Assembly: GCA_030704615.1 (NCBI GenBank)
Contig: CM060734.1
Coordinates: 47,740,001-47,804,000 of the forward strand
Reading direction: 5' to 3'
From: Takakia lepidozioides
Lineage: Eukaryota > Plantae > Bryophyta
Length of the DNA stretch: 64,000 nt
Shown: in pieces, positions 26,366-36,529 of the stretch
Layout: every line of letters begins with the position of its first letter
Position numbering within the stretch: position 1 is the first letter of the stretch
The notes under the pieces: generated by a model
Database searches by the model: none
Told to the model about the DNA's origin: nothing
The model's input: only the letters and a program-made list of their open reading frames with translations
Program-made: the position numbers and the translations under genes

Positions 26366-27961
26366 ATGTCTCAAATTGTTGTACTCCTTTAGGACTCAAT
26401 TTGCACACCATAGCATGTGAGGGTCCTCTCGGGATTTTTCATGTGCTTATGTAAGGTATGGAAGTATGAAAAAGGGATAGTAGACCTGGAAAACCACAAA
26501 AGCCCATTCTCGTAGGAATTTGCTCCTTTGCGGTATGCATAAGTTAGGGGCACCAAACTTTACTACTAATAAACCTAAAAAATTGGGCATAGTTCTTCAC
26601 CAAAAGTGTTTAGCTATTGAAAAGGGAGGAGGACATGTTCTTGAAATGGCTACAAGATCCTTTAATTTTGAATTAGAGGCCCAAAGGAGTTCTCACAAAT
26701 GAGATATCATTCATTGGAAATTCTTTTAAAATAGTCAATATATGAGATAATTTCAAAAAAATTACATGAGCATCTGCAGCATTGAAGTAGGCATTGAACA
26801 AACTAAACCCGGCCTAGAAGCGATCAAGGGAAAGAAAATGGCGACAAACAGAAGTCGAGGTAGTCCTGTAAGCTCAAAAATGGAGAGATGCGAGACAGTG
26901 TGAAACCGGATGAAAAATGTTTCACATACATAAAAGGATTGGATGTGGATAGTTTAGGGTCCTGTAATACGAAAACGGCGTTGGTGGCGTGATAGTTTCT
27001 TCTGACATTACGGGGAGTGCTTACGAGGAGGAGGAGAGACGAAGTGATCGATGGTGGCATTCTTGATTATGGCTGTCTGTGCAGTTTAAGGTCTCAGGAA
27101 GAAGCACAGACATGGCTCATGGTTTTTGAGCGCCGTGGTGATCGTTCTTCATTCGAAGGCGTCTTAAGGGTGGTTCCTCATTATCTTGACATGCATGAGC
27201 AGTAGAAATTGAGGTGAGCTTGATGCTGGCCTTTGTGCGACCGTCAGATGCGAATGGATTAGTGGGTCCAATTTGAGGAGCTCTTTTTGCTTGCTGCACT
27301 GTGTGGGTAGACGGGCAACTGGAAACAGCAAAGGCAATAATGCAATTGATAGAATATGGCATTGTTGATGAAGGATCATTCTTCAACACATTTCAGCCTG
27401 TTTTTCCCTGTTATTCCATATTATCAGAGTCGTCCCTAAGTTTTCATGTTGAATTATGTAAGTTAGGTCATTGCTGGATTTATGGTGGTTTCTTCCTGAT
27501 GTTTACAAGGTTGTTGGGAGAGTCAGCTTGGTCTTAGCAGGCAGGGTTTCAATCTCTGCCTGCTCAGTTGCACCGTGGTGGTTCTCATAGACCAATCCGA
27601 CATTACACCACTACACAAACAACTTCACACACAACTTCACACAGAAGAGGTCCTTTAGGGTTGATGGTCAGTCAAATCGTCCATGGATCATGACACAAGG
27701 TCGAGGACAATGTGGTGAAGCCACCTTCTTGAATCTATTTCAGCCTGTTTTGCCCTCTCATCAGACTAGGTACATAGATAAGCCCCTTGAAATAAAGTAA
27801 GTCATCTTTGAACTCGAAGTCGTTTGTAACATGTGGGTTGTCTCGAGGTCGATTTAGTTGACTTCGTAGTGTCATAGCGAATTGGTCGTTCTTCAGTGCT
27901 TCCTGAATCTCCTTTATGATCTCGGCATCGTCAGAGGTGGACATGGATAACATATTCAATT

Positions 27962-28454
27962 TGTCGTGCGCATACATATCGCTACACAACTACATCGCTG
28001 TCCAAACCACACCACACATATATGCACAATAAAGTAGTCTAGCACAATAAAGCATGAAAACCAAACCATCACTCTTAGAAATAGAAGTCGAGCCAGGGGC
28101 ACCCCAAGCTATGGGGACTCCACCCCACAACAACCTACACTCCCATCATAAGCACACTCAGATCTAAACGCATGAAGGAGCTCGGTCGCGCAGGCTCAAC
28201 TCGAGAGAGATGAGCTGCGCGACTGCCGCTCTCGTGAAGATAAGACAGACCAGGTGTCAAACTAAACTTGACACCTGATTTAACACTTGACCTAAATCCA
28301 AGTGTTAAATACAAATAACTAGTTTTATTCTAGCTGTTTTCACACTGTGCTTATTTAACTTGACAGCTGTCGTGCGCATACATATCGCTACACAACTACA
28401 TCGCTGTCCAAACCACACCACACATATATGCACAATAAAGTAGTCTAGCACAAT
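27962..28454. repeat. E1 A-B-GC-A repeat block (sense 3' end)
   Basis: 87-bp A copies read as identical; 317-bp B matches the other terminus; junction cttgaca-gc-tgtcgtg at 28359-28374. Confidence 0.93.
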
Positions 28455-28464
28455 CGCCCCCCTA
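28455..28464 (-). other. Polypurine-tract-like site of E1 (sense TAGGGGGGCG) abutting the inner A repeat
   Basis: cgccccccta directly follows the inner A copy in both E1 and E2 (49340-49349). Confidence 0.65.
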
Positions 28465-28712
28465 GCTGGTGGATAGGTCCCTCTACCTCCAGATAGCTAC
28501 AAGATGTAATAGCCACAGCCGTACTAAGTCCTCTATCACTGTCTTTATCGTGCTCAAACTCTATCAACCAAGAGGCCGGGTACAAGAGTAGCCCCATCGT
28601 TAGTCGCCGTCTTGCAATCTATGAACTTGAGCCAAGATCTCGTGTGTTCAAGGTCTCCTAGTAGCTGGGCCTTGCGTTTCTTGTTAGCCTCCCATGGTTG
28701 TATCCACTCCCA

Positions 28713-31700
28713 CTATCCAATGCAATGTGGACAGAACCAATCCCCATCCGGAACCATCTCAAGAGGTGGAGTCAAGCATCCCATATGCCAACCTCTAGAG
28801 CACCGATCACATACCAGCATGGTGGCTGCCCCTTTAGCAGACCCACACAACATGCACCTCAAACCTGCAGATACCACTGCCAGGTTTGGGTCAATCCTGC
28901 CATCGACATTCGGAAGGTGACATGGCGCACAATTACGCACATGGTCCTTCCAAGTGATGCCATCCCGACCCTCCAAGACCAAGACGCCTGAGGGCAAGAC
29001 CTCTCGAACCCTCAAAATAACACGTCCTGCAGTCACATCCAGGGTCGTAGGAGCAGTCTGCTGCAGATAGACATAGTCACCAGGGTTGAATCTCCGAACC
29101 CCAGGACGATAGCCCCCACCACGTATGGTAGCATACCTCAACGTATCACGGTGTTGTGCAATGGCAAGGTTCTCGAAAGCCATAGGCATGACTCTCTTGA
29201 ACAACTCTGCACGCTGCTCACATGCACGTGCCCACACGTCCGGATCGTCAAGGTTAAGAACTGTAGCAGCTTCTCTGCGAATGGATGTAGGCAAATCCGG
29301 CTCTCGGCCAAAGAGAAGAAAGTATGGTGAGAAGGAGGCAAGTGATGCTTGCTTGCTGAACCTGTAGCCCATGGCTAACCAGGGTAACTGAAGGTCCCAA
29401 TCTCCTAGGTGTCCCTTCTGCAAGCCATACTTGCGCAAACCCCTCTTTACTGTCTGAACAACTCTCTCTGCCAAGCCATCGGCTTCAGGATGATCCCGAG
29501 AAGTGGTGCGGTGGTCTATCAAGGCCTTGTCACACAAAGCCTGAAACTCCCCCAAGAACTCTCTCCCTTGGTCCGTGAGTACCTCAGCTGGAGCACCGAA
29601 TCGGCTAAGCACACAATCCAGGAATGCATACGCAGCTCCCTCACTAGCCTTATCAGGCAATGGAACCAATTCAATCCACTTGGAGAAGTGCTCCACCATC
29701 ACCAACACGTACTTGTTGTGGCGCATGGTCAGTGGCAACGGCCCTGCGAAGTCAAGACTCCACCTGTAGCCCAATCCCATGATCGGAAGAGGGTGCAATT
29801 GTGGAGTAGGGGCGTTGAATGAAGCACGCACCCTGTCACACACCATGCACCTAGCCACAAAGTGTTGTACCTCTGTGTGCATACCACGCCACCAATACTG
29901 CCCCTGCAGTAGACTATGAGTGCGTCGCACCCCAAAATGCCCCAACTCCTCATGGGCATGCCGCACTAACCGTGCCCGCTGTGTTGGGTGAGGCACAATC
30001 CTCACTCGACCATCCTCCCACACTCGGAGCAGGTGTGTCCCCTCCCACCTGAACCTCTTGGCTCGTTGTAGGATCCGATCCCTCTCCTTGGCAGTCATAG
30101 TGGCTGCCGTGTCTCCACTGCGGAGGTAGTCCAACACAACTGAATCCTCATGTATATCTTTGGCGCCACCCTGCTCATTGCTGGCCTCAGGGTCCTCAGA
30201 CACTTGATCTACAGTCATCCCTGTTGTAGGTCCAACCTGGCCTTCCGCTGCCAAGATACACAGAAATGCAGATGCATGCCATCCGGGCACCATCTCCTCG
30301 TCCGTCTCACCATGCCACCGAGCTCCAGTGTCATCCTGTTGGCTCGTGCATGGATTGCGACTCAACCCATCTGCATTTCGATTGACCAAACCCGGTCGAT
30401 GCACCACCTGAAAGTCATACTCTTGAAGGATGAGTGCCCACCGTGCAAGCTTCCCCGTAAGCTTGTCTGACTCCATCAACCACTTGAGTGGTTGGTGATC
30501 CGTGACAAGGGTGAAGAGATTGCCGTATAAATAGCACCTGAAGTGTGCCACGGCCCACACTGCAGCTAAGCATTCTCCCTCATATGAGCTATACTTAGAC
30601 TCTGCAGCATTGTTCGAGCGGCTAGCATAAGCCACTACGAACTCTCTTCCCTCATCATCCACCTGTGTGAGCACCGCTCCAAGCCCCAGCATGCTCCAAT
30701 CTGTATGCAGCTGAAAAGGACGCCCCCTGATAGGTCGTCTCAAGATGGGCGCCGAGGTCAACCTCGCCTTGAGCTCTTGAAAAGCTTGTTCTTGCTCATC
30801 TTCCCACTGCCACTCCTGGTCCACCTTGGTCAGCTTGGTTAGAGCCTTTGCAATGGCACTAAATCCCTTAACAAACCGTCTGTAATAGTTTGCTAACCCC
30901 ATGAAAGCTCGAACTCGGCTCACATCCGTGGGGCGTGGAACCTGTGCAATGGACTCTACCTTAGTCTGCTGTACCCCCAATCCTCCAGGATATATCATGT
31001 GACCCAGATACTCAATCTGGTTGTGGAAAAACTTGCACTTGCCCGGATGTAACTTCAATCCGTGCGTCCTCAAGCGCTCAAATACCCCCTGAAGGTGTCT
31101 CTCATGCTCCTCCACCGTAGCACTAAAGATGATGATGTCATCTATGTAGCACCGAGCAAACTCCACCCCTGCTAGAATCCTGTCCATGACTCTTTGAAAC
31201 TCAGCTCAAGCCCAAATGGTAAGAACCGCCACTGGTATAGGCAATCCTTCCCGTGCTCATTGATCCCCCAGAATGCCGTCTTTTGCTTATCCGCCTCCTT
31301 GATCGGCAACTGGTGATATCCGGATCGTAAATCCAACGTGCTAAAGACCTTGGAATGCCCAATGGCATCAAAGATCTCCTCTGGTGTTGGCATGGCATAC
31401 CTATCGGACTTGGTCTGACGATTTACAGGCCGGTAATCACCGCACATACGTCTCTCCGTCCAATTGCCATAGACATCCTTCTTAGCTGGCATCACTGTGG
31501 CTGAAGCATACTCTCCACCAGAGAGCTCCACCAAACCTGCCTCCCAGAGATCTTGAGTCCTCATCTGAATCAAAGACCTCTCCATGTCACTGTATCTATA
31601 GGGTCTCCGAAAGATTGGCGTGTCAGTGGCCAACTCAATACGGATCTCTTGACCCTTCAGTGCTCCCAAGTCCTTCAAACTGAAGGCAAAGCAATTCCTG

Positions 31701-31837
31701 TAAGCCCTCAGGAACCGCCGTATACGTCGTCTCTCTCCTCCGGTGACAATGGGTCCAATATCAGGCTCCCAATTGTCCTCCGTAACTGCAACCTTAAGTC
31801 CAGTGGGCTTAGAGGTAGAGGACGCGTCCCGTGGTTG
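28713..31837 (-). CDS. E1 pol: RT, RNase H, DDE integrase and C-terminal PHD finger (about 10-nt deletion frameshift near 31205)
   Basis: RMCGDYRPVN, LDLRSGYHQL, YIDDIIIF, LHTDWS...YEGECLA...TDHQPL, H-H-C-C zinc finger, LDFAGP/TDQGREF/AER catalytic D-D-E, PHD C4HC3 at 28722-28856. Confidence 0.93.
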
Positions 31838-34800
31838 CTATGCTGCAACCTCTTGAGCAGTACCCCCTTCCTGCTCAGTCAATGACAAGGCCTCATCCTG
31901 CCCCATCATCTCATCATTGAGAACCTCCTCATCCATCGCAGCTGCCTTCGCTGCCAACTCCCTCTGAACCTCGAGCACCTCCCACATGTGCCATGGATGT
32001 CTACACCTCGTGGTCCTCACCGGCTCGCCCCCACTCGCTGCCTGTACCGTCTCGGTAGGCAGAGAGACCATCAAGGGAAGTGCACTCCGCACTCTACGTT
32101 GCTCAGCCATAGCCAAGCTGACAATCCAGGTCAAGCAATTGAGATCCATTGCTTGCCCCAACACCTGACGACGTGATGCCTCAGAAAGGGAAGGCACCGC
32201 CGTGGTCCCAGTGGAAAACCCCATAGCCCGCTCTCGCTCGTCGGCATTAGGCTCCACTAACTGCTGCAACTGAGCATCCCACAGGAGGCCAGGTCCACCA
32301 TCCCGAAAAGCATGGGATCCTGGGAAGCTGAGCAGTGTAGGTAATGCTGCTCGTGGTTGACCCACCCTGTTGACCACTGCCAAAGGCGAACGGTCATCGT
32401 GTCTCACACGTTGAGACTGCCTTCCTGTGTCCAAAATGCCATCCACGGTGAGGTGTGCTGGCCGCTGCACCCCATCAAATGCACGCTTGAGCAGTGCGGG
32501 TGGCATCAAGTTAGTCCACCATAGTCGTGGACGATGAGCCCGTGACCCCACTGCAGCTGCATCCAGCAATACTGCTGACCCAAGCCACGACCGGACTTGA
32601 TGCACACTGGCCATCACCCTGGCCCGAGAATCACCCATCAGTGGCACATTCTCCAAGATGTATGCCGGAGATACAGCCTGATGAAGCTGCAAGTGGCGCA
32701 AAATCCGCACCATCTCCCAAAACAGACCCGTCCTCGAGTCTCGCAATCCATTGCCATGCCCGGCTGATGAATGCCCTTGGCAGGGCCAACCTGCCACTAC
32801 CAGATCAATGGAGCCAACCCGCTCCAAATCCTGCGCCCCCAGCAACGCAATGTCTGCTGGCAAGGCCTGCTGATATCCACGAACTGCAGACACCGGCAAC
32901 AACTCAGGGTGCTGCTGCACCATCTGAGCAACATGGCGCAGTGAGACGCGTCGTGCAGTCTCATCCCTCTCCACATACAGGTAACGTCGAACTCGTACAC
33001 CTGCCTGCAGCACTGCAGCCAATCCAGTGCTGATCCCGCCAAATAAGTCCAGAAGGCATATGCCTTCATCCGGTCGCTGCCACACAAGAGGTGTGGTGTC
33101 CAATGGCGACAACTGAGGTGGCCCTGGTACAATCACCGCACTCTCCTCCTCTCCTGACGGTACAAAAGCTTCTACCCAAGCTTGTTGCACCCGTCCATCA
33201 GCAGCGTGCTGCAAATCCTTGCTCGTACCCCACAACGGAGTGTGAGCAACCATGGCAGGCAACTCCGCCGTACCATGCATGTCATCCTGCTCTGCTGGAG
33301 GTGGCACATCCTCTGCATGGGCATTGCCTTCCAGCAACTCTCCAGGCCAGCTGACTGCAGCTGTGAAGGCGGCTAGTGTTGGCATCTTGCCCCGCTGAGC
33401 AGCTGCAATACCCCCAATGAATGTCACAGGGAGCTGTGCACGGCGACCATCCCCTGACTGCCATCCAGGCCTGTAGGATGCTGACTCCTCCCAGAAATCC
33501 AGGGTGAAGCCCATGGGGTATAACACTGCCCCACCAACGAGGACATCGTAAGAGACCGCGTCTGTCACAATGGCCTTGGCTCGCATCACTGAGCCATCTA
33601 CAGGATGATCCGGCTGCAGTCTAATAGCCAACTGATGTCGTGTCATGCCGCGAGCCTGCTCTGATCCTCCCAGAGATGTCTGTATCTGGAAAGGACAAGG
33701 CTCCATATCCGCCTCCATGAGGCCCAAACCTGCAATAGCAGCTCTGCCCAACATCAGTGGCTGAGCTCCTGAGTCCAACAAGACCCGCAGTGGCCGGTAC
33801 TTCTTGCCTGCCGGTCCACTCAAAGTGAAAATGCCTCCCTGGTTGTCTAACAAGACAACTCCAGGTGTCACCATGGCGCGCTCAAAGGCTGGCCTAGCTG
33901 GCAGCTCCGTCAATCTGGCAGCTGCAGCTTGCCAGGGCGCTGCCGTGGCAGTCTTGACCCTCAAATCCGAGGATCCCTCTGCCACTACACCTTCCACTAA
34001 CTCCGCAGAAGATGAAGTGACCTCTCCACTCTCGCAGAGTGTTGCTGCTAGTCTGAACACTGCAGCTGGTCTCACTCCCGGCGTCGCAATCATGGTCGCC
34101 GAGAACAGTGGGGCTTGACACACAGAGGTGGCTGCTCCCAATAACACACCGGCTGCACTAGCCTTGGTAGTAGGTGTCAGTGCTGCACGGGTAGCTCTCC
34201 CCAATGGCAAAGTAACCTCCGCCTCGGTAACAGTCGGGCGAGAACTAGGTGCCATGGATGGCGTTGACACTGTCTCCGCCAAGGTGAATGACTGAGGCAG
34301 CCTTGCCTGACGGCTTGCCTCCCCACGTTGTGGATCCAACTCCACCTCTGCACCTCGTGGCTCAGGAACTCGTGTTGCTCCTCGAGTCACGGCTGCAGCA
34401 GACTCCACCTGCTCTAATGGTAGTGCTGCTCCGCACATGAATCCCATTCCGCCCATATCTCCTCCCTCAGGAGCAGGAGGTGGGCCATCCCGCCTGGGAG
34501 CCGGTACCGCCTGAGCTATAGCCATGGCAGCGATCCTCTGCTCTAGCTGCTGAAGCCGATTGGCCATGCCTTGGTCAACACCCTGACCTCCGCGTCCTTG
34601 GCCATGTGGAGGTTGCCCTTGGCCTGCACCTCGTGCCCGACCACCTCGTCCTCTTTGGGCTGGTCCACCTCGCCCCCGGCCACCATTGTTCCCTTGGAAC
34701 TGGCCTGGGCGCAACTCAGGATGCAAGTCATAACACTGGGCATCTCCATGCCCATACTTGCCACAATGTCCACACTGCAACTGTGCAGGCTGTGCTTGTG

Positions 34801-36010
34801 CCGGCCTTCTGCCACTCTCTGGGCAATCTCTCTTGACATGGGGTCCTCCACATGTCCAACATATCACCCCTGGTTGCTGTTGGCCTGCAAAAGATGCCAC
34901 GGGCCTCTGCACCTGAGGTCCCCTGTAAGCTCCATGGAACTTGGGCTGGGCAACCTTGCCCCCCTGACCACGCTGTTGGGCAGTCCCTTGTGCTTGTGGG
35001 CTGACAGCTGTGCCCCGTACAGGCATGTCCTTACCAAATCCAATTGTAACAACTCGCTCCTCCACCATGTTGAGCTCAATCCGCTCAGCCAGCAGAAACA
35101 CATCTGCTAATGTGGGTTGGGCTGCTTGTAACAGGGTTGCATCTCGCACCCTTCTCTTGAGCTCCTTGTCCAGAATTCCATACCAAAATTGGATTGCCTG
35201 AGCTTCAGTAACCCCTTGGGTCACACTTATCAAGCGCCTCATACGAGTGTACGCCTCTCGCAGGCTCTCACTGGGTTTGCGCTGGAAGTCTTGCAAACTT
35301 CGCAGCTTCTCTGTCCGTACACCTTGGTAGTTCCTCCGCAACTCCTGGAAGAACTCCACCACCGGGTTGAATCTTGGCAAATGTGTTGTAGTCGTGGCAG
35401 GAGAAGCACCTTTTGAACTGGTACCACCTTCAGAAGTACCAGCACTACTTGCTCCACTACTAGTGCTGGCAGTGGGAGCTATTGGTACTGATGCAGCTAC
35501 TGGTCGCGTCGTGCCTCGAGTAATGGAGACGTAGTCAGGTGACCAATACATCCTCCACTCCTCAATCTCTGCTTCATGTCCTCGCCTGAACTCGTGGTAA
35601 TCGTCCATAGGCGGGCCTTCCAAATGCTGGAACAGTCCCTTCCACGCCATGAATGGGGTGAATAGCTGTGGATTGCACATCTGCTGCAAATCACACCAGC
35701 TGTCGAACTCCTGGATAAAGTCATCCAACTCGATTGTGCCCACAGCTCCAGAGTACCTACGAGGCCCCTTGGTAGCTCCATACATCTCCTCCATGTCGTC
35801 CCACAACAATGGCGAATGAAAGTGCACACCTGTTGATGAAGCCTCCGAGTCTGTGTCTGACGCTACAGTAGTTGAGGGTGGCGGTGAAGGTGGTCTGAAC
35901 CGAATACCTCGTCTTGTGAACCCACTCTCACTGTCACTGCTTGTAGCCGTACTCCCCTCAAAACCCTTGGGTAACTCCGTAATGACACTCACAATGTGCA
36001 CCTCCTCCAC
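31838..36010 (-). CDS. E1 ORF1: Gag (two zinc knuckles, RGG-rich), aspartic protease and DNMT3-like C5 cytosine methyltransferase (about 32120-33065)
   Basis: Open 1390-aa frame; CWTCGGPHVKRDC, CGHCGKYGHGDAQC, VLLDSGA; MTase motifs LDLFGGIS, YVERD, AGWPCQG, YILENV, AHRPRLWW, ERERAMGF, RRQVLGQA. Confidence 0.92.
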   Translation of the reverse strand: MEEVHIVSVITELPKGFEGSTATSSDSESGFTRRGIRFRPPSPPPSTTVASDTDSEASSTGVHFHSPLLWDDMEEMYGATKGPRRYSGAVGTIELDDFIQEFDSWCDLQQMCNPQLFTPFMAWKGLFQHLEGPPMDDYHEFRRGHEAEIEEWRMYWSPDYVSITRGTTRPVAASVPIAPTASTSSGASSAGTSEGGTSSKGASPATTTTHLPRFNPVVEFFQELRRNYQGVRTEKLRSLQDFQRKPSESLREAYTRMRRLISVTQGVTEAQAIQFWYGILDKELKRRVRDATLLQAAQPTLADVFLLAERIELNMVEERVVTIGFGKDMPVRGTAVSPQAQGTAQQRGQGGKVAQPKFHGAYRGPQVQRPVASFAGQQQPGVICWTCGGPHVKRDCPESGRRPAQAQPAQLQCGHCGKYGHGDAQCYDLHPELRPGQFQGNNGGRGRGGPAQRGRGGRARGAGQGQPPHGQGRGGQGVDQGMANRLQQLEQRIAAMAIAQAVPAPRRDGPPPAPEGGDMGGMGFMCGAALPLEQVESAAAVTRGATRVPEPRGAEVELDPQRGEASRQARLPQSFTLAETVSTPSMAPSSRPTVTEAEVTLPLGRATRAALTPTTKASAAGVLLGAATSVCQAPLFSATMIATPGVRPAAVFRLAATLCESGEVTSSSAELVEGVVAEGSSDLRVKTATAAPWQAAAARLTELPARPAFERAMVTPGVVLLDNQGGIFTLSGPAGKKYRPLRVLLDSGAQPLMLGRAAIAGLGLMEADMEPCPFQIQTSLGGSEQARGMTRHQLAIRLQPDHPVDGSVMRAKAIVTDAVSYDVLVGGAVLYPMGFTLDFWEESASYRPGWQSGDGRRAQLPVTFIGGIAAAQRGKMPTLAAFTAAVSWPGELLEGNAHAEDVPPPAEQDDMHGTAELPAMVAHTPLWGTSKDLQHAADGRVQQAWVEAFVPSGEEESAVIVPGPPQLSPLDTTPLVWQRPDEGICLLDLFGGISTGLAAVLQAGVRVRRYLYVERDETARRVSLRHVAQMVQQHPELLPVSAVRGYQQALPADIALLGAQDLERVGSIDLVVAGWPCQGHSSAGHGNGLRDSRTGLFWEMVRILRHLQLHQAVSPAYILENVPLMGDSRARVMASVHQVRSWLGSAVLLDAAAVGSRAHRPRLWWTNLMPPALLKRAFDGVQRPAHLTVDGILDTGRQSQRVRHDDRSPLAVVNRVGQPRAALPTLLSFPGSHAFRDGGPGLLWDAQLQQLVEPNADERERAMGFSTGTTAVPSLSEASRRQVLGQAMDLNCLTWIVSLAMAEQRRVRSALPLMVSLPTETVQAASGGEPVRTTRCRHPWHMWEVLEVQRELAAKAAAMDEEVLNDEMMGQDEALSLTEQEGGTAQEVAA

Positions 36011-36529
36011 GTGACACTATAAGGCTCTAGTACTAATCTAATAGTGACACGGGTGGGCACCTGTTGCAGTCTAAGGATCATATCCCAATGGCTCAGGGCA
36101 CCTGCACCTGCATCCACCGCAAGAACTCCTATGGTTGGCTGGTCATCAACCCAGCCTCACCATAGAAGAAACACTGGTGGTCTTGCTGGTCATCACTCCA
36201 GCCTCACCACCGACAGCATACTCTAGGATTGACCGGTGATCAAATCCGGCCTAATCCCTATGAAAGCAAGCGCCCACACAAAACCAACATGGCGCACAGT
36301 CAAGCATGCAGGTGTTGGGGGGGATCCAAACACAAGAAATCAAAACATCAACACCCCCACACCAAAATCCAGCTGCAATGTTGATCCTGCAGAATATCCC
36401 AGCCCAAAACCCCGGACTGACTGGCCTCCACCAAGAGAGGCTTTGGCAACTACAAGTACAAGGTAATGAAAATAGTACAGAGATGGAGGGGAAGAATAGA
36501 AGCCCGCCCAAGCAAGATCTAATCCTGAT

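Noticed and set aside
27962-28454. Reading A-B-A as a solo LTR nested in another LTR, or E1/E2 as DIRS/Ngaro elements
   Set aside because: No TSD around the inner B, the same layout recurs in E2 with different sequences, and pol has a DDE integrase with no tyrosine recombinase
32120-33065. Methyltransferase as bacterial contamination or a host gene
   Set aside because: It is in frame with Gag and protease, inside TSD-bounded elements, in two copies, among intron-containing plant genes
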